Source: an uncultured virus (IMG/VR IMGVR_UViG_3300042539_000942)
Lineage: Duplodnaviria > Heunggongvirae > Uroviricota > Caudoviricetes
Direction: 5' to 3' (one strand)
Length of the DNA stretch: 64,000 nucleotides
IMG/VR virus record: IMGVR_UViG_3300042539_000942
Under the pieces are notes generated by a model that worked only from the letters and a program-made list of their open reading frames with translations, was not told the origin of the DNA and did not search any database. This document shows positions 1-9,161 of the stretch, one piece after another. Each line of letters starts with the position of its first letter. Positions within the stretch are counted from its first letter, which is position 1. The position numbers and the translations under genes are program-made.

Positions 1-2
1 TA

Positions 3-686
3 GATCAAGGATTCCAGGAAATTAGTTTAAATAGTCAAAATTCATTTGATACACCAAGAATGATTGCATCAAGAGTTAATGAAGATTATTATCTTACTAA
101 TCTTCCCGCCAATAAATCATTTACTCTTGAGGTATTAATGAATTCTGACAATAGAAATTTATCTCCAGTCATAGATCTTGATCGCGTAAGTATGGTAACT
201 ACTACCAATAGAATAAATGTACCATTTTCTAGTGTAGATTCTTGGAAAACTCATCCTGCTCCATCTAAAACTGGAAAAGATCCTTGTATTGCAACTTATG
301 TTAGCAAAGTTGTTGAACTTGAAAATCCAGCAACTTCATTGAAAGTTCTTTTTGCTGCCTTTAGAAATCTCGATAATGACATCAGAGTTTTTTATAAGAT
401 TATTAGAGTTGGAGCAACTCAAAATGTAACAAGTGAAAAATTTGTTCCTTTTCCTGGTTATGGAAATATAAATAGTGATGGAAATGTAATTTTAATCGAA
501 GAAAGCACTGGTCTTCCAGATGATAAAGTTATTCCTAGTAGAACAACTACAGAATTTAAAGAATTCACGTACACAGCAAATCCTTTACCAAAATTCACTA
601 AGTTCCAAATTAAAATTGACATGACTTCAACAAATCAGGCGATCGTACCAAAAATTAAAGATCTGAGAGCAATTGCATTAGCGTGA
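3..686 (+). CDS. C-terminal part of a large virion structural protein (VrlC-like protein that precedes gp13 in cyanomyophages); runs off the window start
   Basis: The frame is open from position 3 through ORF 60..686. It ends in FQIKIDM..VPKIKDLRAIALA and sits just upstream of the neck genes. Confidence 0.6.
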   Translation, partial: DQGFQEISLNSQNSFDTPRMIASRVNEDYYLTNLPANKSFTLEVLMNSDNRNLSPVIDLDRVSMVTTTNRINVPFSSVDSWKTHPAPSKTGKDPCIATYVSKVVELENPATSLKVLFAAFRNLDNDIRVFYKIIRVGATQNVTSEKFVPFPGYGNINSDGNVILIEESTGLPDDKVIPSRTTTEFKEFTYTANPLPKFTKFQIKIDMTSTNQAIVPKIKDLRAIALA

Positions 687-937
687 TGAGTGAACTTATA
701 CCAGTTGAAGGAAAAATAGGATTATTTAGAGATCCTCAAAGTAATGCTATCGTAAATAAAAACAAAGTGGAATATCAATCTTACATAGAAAGAAAAAAAA
801 TTACAGAGTCCAAAGAGAAGAAAATTGAAAATGTCCAAAGTGATGTTTCTTCTCTTAAGGACGAGGTGAATAAAGTAAAAGATGATTTAAATGAAATTAA
901 AAATTTGCTTCAATGCCTAGTCAATCAGAATAAATAA
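683..937 (+). CDS. Conserved small coiled-coil hypothetical protein
   Basis: 84 aa ORF overlapping the upstream stop; LFRDPQSNAIVN motif followed by a heptad-rich C-terminus. Confidence 0.7.
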   Translation: MMSELIPVEGKIGLFRDPQSNAIVNKNKVEYQSYIERKKITESKEKKIENVQSDVSSLKDEVNKVKDDLNEIKNLLQCLVNQNK

Positions 938-945
938 TTCAAAAA

Positions 946-1779
946 ATGGCACAACCAAGTAGTAAGACAGAACTAATACAGTATGCCAAGAGACAACTTG
1001 GTTATCCAGTACTAGAAGTTAATGTAGCTGACGAACAATTTGATGATCTTTTGGATGATGCTCTCCAATATTTCCAAGAGAGACACTTTGATGGTGTTGA
1101 ACTGATGTATTTGAAATATGCTCTTACTGAAGCAGATGTTGCAAGAGGTAGAGGATCAGGGAGTGCTGGAATTACTACTACTACAGCAACATCGACAATA
1201 GTTGGAACTGCTACAACATTTAACTTTTTAGAAAATTCTAATTACATTGAAATCCCACCAACAGTTATTGGAATTAATAGAATTTTTAAAGTTGATACCA
1301 GCACAGTTTCAGATGGTTTGTTTAACATTAGATATCAATTATTCCTGAATGATCTTTACTATTTCAGTTCTGTTGATCTACTACATTATTCGATGGTCAA
1401 AACATACTTATCTGACATCGAATTTTTATTGACCCCAGAAAAGCAAATTAGATTTAATAAAAGACAAGACAGACTTTACATTGACACTGATTGGGAAAGA
1501 TTGAAGGCAGGAGATTTTATTGTTATAGAATGTTATAGGATTTTAGATCCTACAAATTATGCAAGAGTTTATAATGATTCTTTCTTAAAGAGATACTTTA
1601 CTGCATTAGTAAAGAGACAATGGGGGCAAAATTTGATCAAATTTAATAATGTAGCACTTCCTGGTGGAGTAACACTTAATGGTAGACAAATCTATGAAGA
1701 TGGTCAGAGAGAATTGGATGCAATACAAGAAAAAATGTCTTCCACTTATGAACTTCCACCTCTCGACATGATTGGATAA
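946..1779 (+). CDS. gp13: Neck protein gp13
   Basis: RQLGYPVLEVNV and KRQWGQNLIKF..LPGGVTLNG motifs; synteny. Confidence 0.92.
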   Translation: MAQPSSKTELIQYAKRQLGYPVLEVNVADEQFDDLLDDALQYFQERHFDGVELMYLKYALTEADVARGRGSGSAGITTTTATSTIVGTATTFNFLENSNYIEIPPTVIGINRIFKVDTSTVSDGLFNIRYQLFLNDLYYFSSVDLLHYSMVKTYLSDIEFLLTPEKQIRFNKRQDRLYIDTDWERLKAGDFIVIECYRILDPTNYARVYNDSFLKRYFTALVKRQWGQNLIKFNNVALPGGVTLNGRQIYEDGQRELDAIQEKMSSTYELPPLDMIG

Positions 1780-1785
1780 TCACTT

Positions 1786-3144
1786 ATGTTAAATCCATTT
1801 TTTACTCAAGGAAGTTCTGGGGAACAAGGTTTAATTCAAGATCTTGTTAATGAGCAAATTAAAATGTATGGTATTGAGTGTTATTACATTCCAAGGAAAT
1901 TTGTCACAACCTCCAAAGTTATTGAAGAAGTAATTCAATCAACATTTGATCAGGCATTTCCTCTTGAAGCATATGTCAATACTTACGATGGATTTTCTGG
2001 GCAAGGTGACATTCTTTCAAAATTTGGATTAGTCCAAAAGGATGAACTTGTTCTTACAATTTCAAGAGAAAGATTTGAGAGTCAAATAGGACCTTTTCTT
2101 CAAGAAAGTATAGAAAAATATGTTCGAGTAAGACCAAAAGAAGGTGACATTGTTTATTTTCCATTGTCAAAGAACTTCTTTGAAATTAAGTTCGTAGAGC
2201 ATGAAAAACCTTTTTATCAATTAGGAAAACTTTATACTTACGAACTTAAGTGCGAACTCTTTGAGTATGAGGATGAATTGGTAGATACTGGAAACGATGA
2301 AATTGATTCTGTAGTGGAAAAAGAAGGATATAATGCAAGAATTATTCTTGCAGGAATTGGTGATACTGCTATCGCATTTACTGGAATTGTGGATGGAGCA
2401 ATTCAATCTATGTTTGTTGAATATGAAGGATATGGTTACACATCTACCCCCATCGTATCAATAAGTACAGCACCATCTGGTGGAATTAACGCTTCTGCAG
2501 TTGCAATTACGACAAGCAAATCAGGAATTACCACATCATCTTCAATCTACAAAGTTTTTGTGGTAAATCCAGGAAGAGGATATTTGGGGATTCCAACTGT
2601 GACTGTTTCTGGACCAGGAATCGTGACCGCAAAAATTTCATCTCAAGGATCAATTGGTATTGTAACAATTACTAATGAGGGACAAAGTTACTTTAGTGTT
2701 CCATCAATTACATTCTCTTCTCCAAATGTTGGAAATGGTATTACAGCAACTGCAGAAGCTGTTGTAAGTTCTGCTGGAACGATTAGTCAGATTAGAGTTA
2801 CAAATACTGGATTTGGTTATACAGAAGCTCCAACAATTACGATTGCACCTCCAAATCTAATTGCTACAGGAACTTTCACATTAGGTGAAAAAATTGTTGG
2901 ATCATCTTCAAGTGTAACAGCAAGAGTCAGAACTTGGGATGAATCAACTTCAACATTAGACATTTCAATCATAACTGATCATAAATTGAGTGTAGGAGAG
3001 CAGATAGTTGGTCAAGAATCTGGAGCAACTTATGTAATTAAGAGTATCAGTTACAATGATCCTTCAGAAGGAAATGATGACATTGAAGCAGAGGCAGATT
3101 TAATTTTGGACTTTTCAGAATCTAATCCATTTGGAACTTACTAA
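1786..3144 (+). CDS. gp14: Neck protein gp14 with beta-repeat insertion
   Basis: EQIKMYG..YYIPR, RPKEGD, FVEHEKPFYQLGK and C-terminal DFSESNPFG motifs. Confidence 0.9.
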   Translation: MLNPFFTQGSSGEQGLIQDLVNEQIKMYGIECYYIPRKFVTTSKVIEEVIQSTFDQAFPLEAYVNTYDGFSGQGDILSKFGLVQKDELVLTISRERFESQIGPFLQESIEKYVRVRPKEGDIVYFPLSKNFFEIKFVEHEKPFYQLGKLYTYELKCELFEYEDELVDTGNDEIDSVVEKEGYNARIILAGIGDTAIAFTGIVDGAIQSMFVEYEGYGYTSTPIVSISTAPSGGINASAVAITTSKSGITTSSSIYKVFVVNPGRGYLGIPTVTVSGPGIVTAKISSQGSIGIVTITNEGQSYFSVPSITFSSPNVGNGITATAEAVVSSAGTISQIRVTNTGFGYTEAPTITIAPPNLIATGTFTLGEKIVGSSSSVTARVRTWDESTSTLDISIITDHKLSVGEQIVGQESGATYVIKSISYNDPSEGNDDIEAEADLILDFSESNPFGTY

Positions 3145-3165
3145 ATAGTAAAAAAATGTTTTGAA

Positions 3166-4224
3166 ATGGATACATATTTTTATCATCAAATAATCAGAAA
3201 AACCGTTATTGGTTTTGGAACATTATTCAATAACATCAGAGTCAAACACTCTGATGCGAATGGGGGTGGTGTAAGTATGTTAAAGGTGCCATTATCATAC
3301 GCACCAACACAAAAGTTTTTAGCAAGATCGAGACAAGAATCTTTAAACAAAAAAGTGGAAGTTAATGTGCCAAGAATGTCATTTGAGATGACTGGCATTT
3401 CTTATGATCCATCAAGAAAAACAAGCGTTACTCAAACTTTTAAATCATTTCCAACATCAGATGGAAAGTTATTGAAAAAGGTTTACATGCCTGTTCCATA
3501 TAATCTTTCATTTGAATTGAATTTATATTCAAAATTAAATGATGATGCTCTACAAGTTATTGAACAAATTTTACCATTTTTCCAACCATCACTCAACATC
3601 ACAATTGATTTGATTTCTTCCATAGGAGAAAAGAAAGATGTACCTGTGGTTCTGGAAAGCATTTCTCAAACAGATGATTATGAGGGGGATTTTGAATCCA
3701 GAAGAACTATCATTTATACTTTAAGATTTACTGCAAAAACACATCTTTTCGGTCCAGTATCGGATACTACAGATGGTCTTATCAAGAAAGTTATTGTCGA
3801 TAATTACGCATCGACTGACGTTAAAACTGCTCAAAGATCTTATCGTTATACTGTTACCCCTAGAGCAATTAAAGATTATAATGATGACAATACAACCGTA
3901 TTGGATGGTTCTATCAATACAGTAGTAGGAAAAGTTTCTGTTTCGGATGCATCATCACTTACTGCTGAATCTAGAATTAGAATAGATGAAGAGACGATGT
4001 ACATCAAGTCTATTGAAGAAAATGTCTTGTATGTGATCAGAGGTTATGATGGTACTACTATTCAAAGTCATGAACATGCTGCATCAATCGACATTCTCAA
4101 TTCTCTTGATGATGCATTAGTAGAACCAGAAGATGATTTTGGATTCAACGAAACTACAGTTTTTTATGACATTGGTGGTGAATTTGTTCCAGAACAATCT
4201 ACTGGTAGAGATCCAATTGTATAA
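3166..4224 (+). CDS. gp15: Tail sheath stabilizer/completion protein gp15
   Basis: YFYHQIIRKTVIGFGTLFNNI, PRMSFE and EQILPFFQP motifs. Confidence 0.92.
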   Translation: MDTYFYHQIIRKTVIGFGTLFNNIRVKHSDANGGGVSMLKVPLSYAPTQKFLARSRQESLNKKVEVNVPRMSFEMTGISYDPSRKTSVTQTFKSFPTSDGKLLKKVYMPVPYNLSFELNLYSKLNDDALQVIEQILPFFQPSLNITIDLISSIGEKKDVPVVLESISQTDDYEGDFESRRTIIYTLRFTAKTHLFGPVSDTTDGLIKKVIVDNYASTDVKTAQRSYRYTVTPRAIKDYNDDNTTVLDGSINTVVGKVSVSDASSLTAESRIRIDEETMYIKSIEENVLYVIRGYDGTTIQSHEHAASIDILNSLDDALVEPEDDFGFNETTVFYDIGGEFVPEQSTGRDPIV

Positions 4225-4226
4225 TT

Positions 4227-4679
4227 ATGACAAATTCAAAAAAACTCAAAAAGACAGATCCAATTGGAGATTCTTTAGGAATTGAGTCTCAGATTATTTC
4301 TGTTGATGCTACTTCCGTAACTGAGTTGGTTTCTAATTCTACAGACTCACCAAAAGAATCTATTGACGTAGATCAAATTCAAAAAGATTATGAGTATAGT
4401 AGAGGAAATTTATATTCGTTGGTGGAAAAGGGGCAAGAAGCAATTAATGGTATTTTAGAATTAGCACAAGAAAGTGATAGTCCTAGAGCTTATGAAGTTG
4501 CTGGTCAATTAATTAAAAGCGTAGCTGATACTACAGATAAATTAATTGATCTGCAGAAAAAAATGAAAGATTTATATGAAAATCAGCCCAAGGGTCCGAC
4601 TAATGTTACGAATGCTTTGTTTGTTGGATCAACTACCGAACTATCAAAATTACTTAAGAACAATAATTTAAATAAATAG
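4227..4679 (+). CDS. gp16: Terminase small subunit gp16
   Basis: DYEYSRGNLY..SPRAYEVAGQLIK..ALFVGSTTEL motifs. Confidence 0.9.
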   Translation: MTNSKKLKKTDPIGDSLGIESQIISVDATSVTELVSNSTDSPKESIDVDQIQKDYEYSRGNLYSLVEKGQEAINGILELAQESDSPRAYEVAGQLIKSVADTTDKLIDLQKKMKDLYENQPKGPTNVTNALFVGSTTELSKLLKNNNLNK

Positions 4680-4699
4680 TATCAAAAGTCTTTTAAAAA

Positions 4700-5065
4700 G
4701 TGGCAAATACTAACATAACATTTGACTCTGGAACAGGAAATCCTTTTCCTGTAAATTTGACCATTTATACTGGTGTTGACTTTTTTTATACTTTTAATCC
4801 AAAAACATCGAGTAATGGATCCTATGATTTTACTGATTATTCAGGATCTTGCCAAATAAAAAAACATCCAACAGCAACTTCTGGAATTGTTACTTGTTCG
4901 GTTTCTTTTCCAGGATTATCTAGAATACAAATTTCTTTAGGATCTACGGAAACAAAGTTATTAACTGAAGGTAGACATGTTTATGATGTCAATGTATCTG
5001 TTGGTGGATCATTTTTTAAAGTTGTGACAGGAACTGCTATGGTGAGAACGGGAGTCTCAAGTTAA
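4700..5065 (+). CDS. Hypothetical beta-rich virion-associated protein (GTG start)
   Basis: 121 aa ORF after an ATAAATA late promoter; GRHVYDV motif. Confidence 0.65.
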   Translation: MANTNITFDSGTGNPFPVNLTIYTGVDFFYTFNPKTSSNGSYDFTDYSGSCQIKKHPTATSGIVTCSVSFPGLSRIQISLGSTETKLLTEGRHVYDVNVSVGGSFFKVVTGTAMVRTGVSS

Positions 5066-7288
5066 ATGAACGAACAATTAAAGTCACATAAAACAGTTGA
5101 ACAGATTGCAAAGAAGCATCGTCTTGATGTTTCTTTTATTGCGAATCAACTTAAGATGGGAGTTCCGATTGAGCATGAACATACTAAAAATAATGTAATG
5201 GCAATGGACATTGCTCTTCAACATTTAGATGAAATACCAGATTATTATACACGTTTAAAGAAAATGGAATCGGATGCCAAAAAACATCATAGAAAATTTA
5301 AAGATGTTTCGGAAGCATGTTGGAAAGGGTATACCCAAAAAGGATTGAAGAAGAAAGGAAATAAAATAGTTCCTAATTGTGTTCCCACAAACGAAGAGAC
5401 AACATCTGGAGATGAAGGTCTTCATGATTGGTTTAACAAATCAAAATCATCTGACGGAAAAAAGGGGTGGGTGCAACTTGGTGGAAAACACGCAGGAAAA
5501 CCCTGTGCTCGTCAACCTGGACAAACTTCCACACCAAAATGTGGTAGTTCAAAAATGGCAGCAAATTTATCTTCAGAAGACGAAGAGAGAGCAAGACGCA
5601 GAAAAAATAGATTAGATCCAAATCAACCAGAAAAAACAGGTGGTGCAAAACCAACAAATGTAAGAACAGAAGAATGGTCTGATAAATATAAGAAGTCTAT
5701 AAATTGTGAAGATCCAAAAGGATTTTCCCAAAGAGCACACTGTCAAGGAAGGAAAAAGAAAATGAATGAACAGAGTTTTCAAATTGATACTTCTGCACAT
5801 AAATCCGCACAGAGACAGCAGAAGATTAGAAATCTTGCCAGCGGAACTAATAATCCGAATGAAAAAGCAGCGGCACAAAGAAAACTTTCTGGACCTTCAT
5901 TGCCATTGGCAGATGAATACCTCAATGAAGTAAAAGATAAACCAGGAAAAGGTAGCGGGAAAAAAGATGCTTGCTATAATAAAGTTAAGTCTCGTTATGA
6001 TGTTTGGCCAAGTGCTTATGCATCTGGTGCTCTTGTAAAATGTCGTAAAGTTGGTGCTGCAAACTGGGGAACAAAATCAGAGGCAAAAGAGGATCAAAGA
6101 TATTGTCCACTTTGCAAGAAAAATGAAATAAAATCAGAATGTAGTTTTGGTCCTTCTTTATGGGAAAAATATTCAATTGCAAAAGTTCATCCAGCAAATG
6201 AAGAGAAAGATTATGAGTATCAAATGGCACGTAATGAACTTCAAACTGCAAAGAGGGCAATTGATAAATTGATGAAGAAATTAAAAGGAGAAGGAAACAT
6301 GGAAGCATGGGTTCAATCAAAAATTTCTAAGGCAGCAGATTATCTTGATAGTGTTTCTGATTACATGGAAGGTGATAGAGAAGAAATTGAAGAAGGACTT
6401 GATAAAAAATTTGATTCGATGAGAAAGCGTGGTGGTAGAAGTGCTCCTGCAGATCAACGCAGTATTGGTGGTGAAGCAAATAGAAGAAATAAAGATTATT
6501 GGGCAGATGAGGGCGGTAAAAATAGAGATAGAGGTGCTGGAAACAAAGCAAAAAGAAGAGCAGCAGAACTTAATAAAGAAGAATTTGAAATTGAAGAGTC
6601 ATCAAACCTTATGAAGTATAATGAGTATGGTCAAACATACATGATTAGATTTACTTGGAGAGGTTTGATGTATAAAGTTCAAATCTTTATACCTTCTCTG
6701 AAAAAACCATCTGCACAAGAAATTAAAACTCAGTTGGATAAAATCTATCCTGGTGCTCAATTGCTTCAATTTGAACCAAGAGAAAATGATCCTGTAGATC
6801 CTACAATCGTTTTTGCTAAGGAGGATCGTGAGTATCGCAGATTGATGGCTCAGGAACGTAAAGCAGAAAGAGAAAAAGAATCAAAACGTGGTGGACAAAG
6901 AAGTCACACTCCAGGAAAAAAAGCTGTTAGCGCAGGTAAAGACTATGCAAATTATCAGGAGAAAAGTATTTCTGCTCATGACAAAGCAACCAAAGGTAAA
7001 CACACCATTGGCAATCCCTTTGCAGAAGAATTAGTAAATGAAGTAGCAGCATGGCAACGTTCAGAAGGTAAAAATAAAAAAGGTGGTTTGAATGAGAAGG
7101 GACGCAAATCTTACGAACGTGAAAATCCTGGAAGCGACCTTAAGGCACCATCGAAGAAAGTTGGAAATCCCCGTAGAGCATCTTTCTGTGCCCGTATGTC
7201 AGGCATGAAAAAGAAACTTACTTCGGCAAAGACTGCCAATGATCCCAATAGCAGGATAAATAAGAGTTTAAGAGCTTGGAACTGTTGA
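5066..7288 (+). CDS. Large modular basic hypothetical protein (probable processed internal head protein)
   Basis: 740 aa ORF made of short Cys/Lys-rich modules separated by acidic E-containing junctions. Confidence 0.7.
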   Translation: MNEQLKSHKTVEQIAKKHRLDVSFIANQLKMGVPIEHEHTKNNVMAMDIALQHLDEIPDYYTRLKKMESDAKKHHRKFKDVSEACWKGYTQKGLKKKGNKIVPNCVPTNEETTSGDEGLHDWFNKSKSSDGKKGWVQLGGKHAGKPCARQPGQTSTPKCGSSKMAANLSSEDEERARRRKNRLDPNQPEKTGGAKPTNVRTEEWSDKYKKSINCEDPKGFSQRAHCQGRKKKMNEQSFQIDTSAHKSAQRQQKIRNLASGTNNPNEKAAAQRKLSGPSLPLADEYLNEVKDKPGKGSGKKDACYNKVKSRYDVWPSAYASGALVKCRKVGAANWGTKSEAKEDQRYCPLCKKNEIKSECSFGPSLWEKYSIAKVHPANEEKDYEYQMARNELQTAKRAIDKLMKKLKGEGNMEAWVQSKISKAADYLDSVSDYMEGDREEIEEGLDKKFDSMRKRGGRSAPADQRSIGGEANRRNKDYWADEGGKNRDRGAGNKAKRRAAELNKEEFEIEESSNLMKYNEYGQTYMIRFTWRGLMYKVQIFIPSLKKPSAQEIKTQLDKIYPGAQLLQFEPRENDPVDPTIVFAKEDREYRRLMAQERKAEREKESKRGGQRSHTPGKKAVSAGKDYANYQEKSISAHDKATKGKHTIGNPFAEELVNEVAAWQRSEGKNKKGGLNEKGRKSYERENPGSDLKAPSKKVGNPRRASFCARMSGMKKKLTSAKTANDPNSRINKSLRAWNC

Positions 7289-7291
7289 ATT

Positions 7292-7459
7292 ATGGATCCA
7301 TCCAAAATTGAACTTGAAAACATTAATAAAATGTTTGAGTATGAAAAGTTAGCAAGAATTATAGATGAATTAAACGAAGAACAAGCAAAAGATTTTGCAA
7401 AGGCATACATTAAACTATATTTAAAGCAACAAGAAGTTATTGCAGCACTTGATTTATGA
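7292..7459 (+). CDS. Small helical protein, NblA-like (not in ORF track)
   Basis: 55 aa: MDPSKIELENINKMFEYEKLARIIDELNEEQAKDFAKAYIKLYLKQQEVIAALDL. Its stop overlaps the gp17 start (ATGA). Confidence 0.6.
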   Translation: MDPSKIELENINKMFEYEKLARIIDELNEEQAKDFAKAYIKLYLKQQEVIAALDL

Positions 7460-9105
7460 AAGCTGATGACATTTATCTTGGCAACCCGAACCTTAAAAAG
7501 GCAAACGTTGCTGTTGAATTTACACAAGATCAAATTCAAGAATTCATTCGTTGTAAAGACGATCCAGTTTATTTTGCAAAAAATTATGTAAAAATTGTTT
7601 CTCTGGATGAGGGTCTTGTTCCATTTGACATGTACCCATTTCAAGAGAGGATGATTCAACGATTTCATGATAATCGTTTTAACATCTGTAAGATGCCTAG
7701 ACAGACTGGTAAATCAACCACTGTAGTCTCTTATTTGCTCCACTACGCGGTCTTTAACGACAATGTTAACATCGCTATCCTAGCAAACAAAGCATCCACA
7801 GCCAGGGACCTTCTAGGGCGTCTTCAGCTTGCTTATGAGAATCTTCCCAAATGGATGCAGCAGGGAGTGGTCAATTGGAATAAACTGTCTCTAGAATTGG
7901 AGAATGGATCCAAAATCTCTGCAAACTCAACGTCTAGTTCTGCTGTTCGTGGTGGATCTTATAATGTGATCTTTTTGGACGAATTTGCATTCATTCCAAA
8001 TAACATTGCAGATCAATTTTTTGCATCTGTTTATCCTACGATTTCATCTGGTAAGAAAACAAAAGTTATTATAGTTTCAACCCCACACGGTATGAATCAC
8101 TTCTACCGTATGTGGCATGATGCTGAAAGGGGAAAGAATGAATATGTACCGACTGATGTTCACTGGTCAGAAGTACCTGGAAGGGATGAGGTATGGAAAA
8201 AGCAAACAATTGCTAATACTTCAGAACAACAATTCAAAGTAGAATTTGAAACTGAATTCTTGGGATCAGTTGATACTCTCATCTCACCAAGTAAACTCAA
8301 TAGTTTAGTTTATGATGATCCAAGAACCAATGGTGAAGGAATGGATGTTTATGAAGATCCACAAGATGAACACGATTACCTGATTACCGTAGACGTTGCT
8401 CGTGGAGTTGGTATTGATTATTCTGCATTTGTGGTTGTTGACATTACAACATTCCCACATAGAGTTGTTGCAAAATTCAGAAATAATGAAATTAAACCAA
8501 TGCTATTTCCAAGTATAATACATGAAATGGCAAAAGGATATAATAATGCATACATTCTTTGTGAAGTTAATGACATTGGAGATCAGGTAGCATCAATTCT
8601 TAATTTTGATTTGGAGTATCCAAATGTCCTTATGTGCTCTATGAGGGGTCGTGCTGGACAGATTGTTGGGCAAGGTTTTTCTGGTAAAAAGACTCAACTT
8701 GGAGTCAAAATGTCAAAGACGGTTAAAAAGGTCGGATGTTCTAATCTCAAAACCTTAGTAGAAGAAGATAAAGTGGTCTTCAGAGATTATAACATCATCA
8801 GTGAGCTCACAACATTCATTCAAAAAAATAATTCATTTGAAGCAGAAGAAGGTTGTAATGATGACCTTGCAATGTGTATGGTGATTTATGCTTGGTTAGT
8901 GGCACAAGATTATTTTAAAGAACTCACCGACCAGGACGTTAGAAAAAGATTATATGAAGAACAAAAGAATCAATTAGAGCAAGACATGGCTCCTTTTGGA
9001 TTTATTGAAGATGGCACAGGAGAAACATCTTTTGTGGATGATCAAGGAGATCGTTGGTATACTGATGAATATGGAGACATAAGTTACATGTGGGAGTACC
9101 GTTAA
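7456..9105 (+). CDS. gp17: Terminase large subunit gp17
   Basis: Walker A PRQTGKST, Walker B IFLDEFAF, VSTPHG coupling motif, RNase H-like VDVARG and DDLAM. Confidence 0.97.
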   Translation: MKADDIYLGNPNLKKANVAVEFTQDQIQEFIRCKDDPVYFAKNYVKIVSLDEGLVPFDMYPFQERMIQRFHDNRFNICKMPRQTGKSTTVVSYLLHYAVFNDNVNIAILANKASTARDLLGRLQLAYENLPKWMQQGVVNWNKLSLELENGSKISANSTSSSAVRGGSYNVIFLDEFAFIPNNIADQFFASVYPTISSGKKTKVIIVSTPHGMNHFYRMWHDAERGKNEYVPTDVHWSEVPGRDEVWKKQTIANTSEQQFKVEFETEFLGSVDTLISPSKLNSLVYDDPRTNGEGMDVYEDPQDEHDYLITVDVARGVGIDYSAFVVVDITTFPHRVVAKFRNNEIKPMLFPSIIHEMAKGYNNAYILCEVNDIGDQVASILNFDLEYPNVLMCSMRGRAGQIVGQGFSGKKTQLGVKMSKTVKKVGCSNLKTLVEEDKVVFRDYNIISELTTFIQKNNSFEAEEGCNDDLAMCMVIYAWLVAQDYFKELTDQDVRKRLYEEQKNQLEQDMAPFGFIEDGTGETSFVDDQGDRWYTDEYGDISYMWEYR

Positions 9106-9117
9106 GAGATTCAATTT

Positions 9118-9125
9118 TATAAATA
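9118..9125 (+). promoter_or_regulatory. T4-type late promoter (TATAAATA) upstream of gp18
   Basis: Exact gp55 consensus in an intergenic gap. Confidence 0.8.
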
Positions 9126-9161
9126 ATCATAGAAACATGAGACTACTGTAGGGAGAATTAA

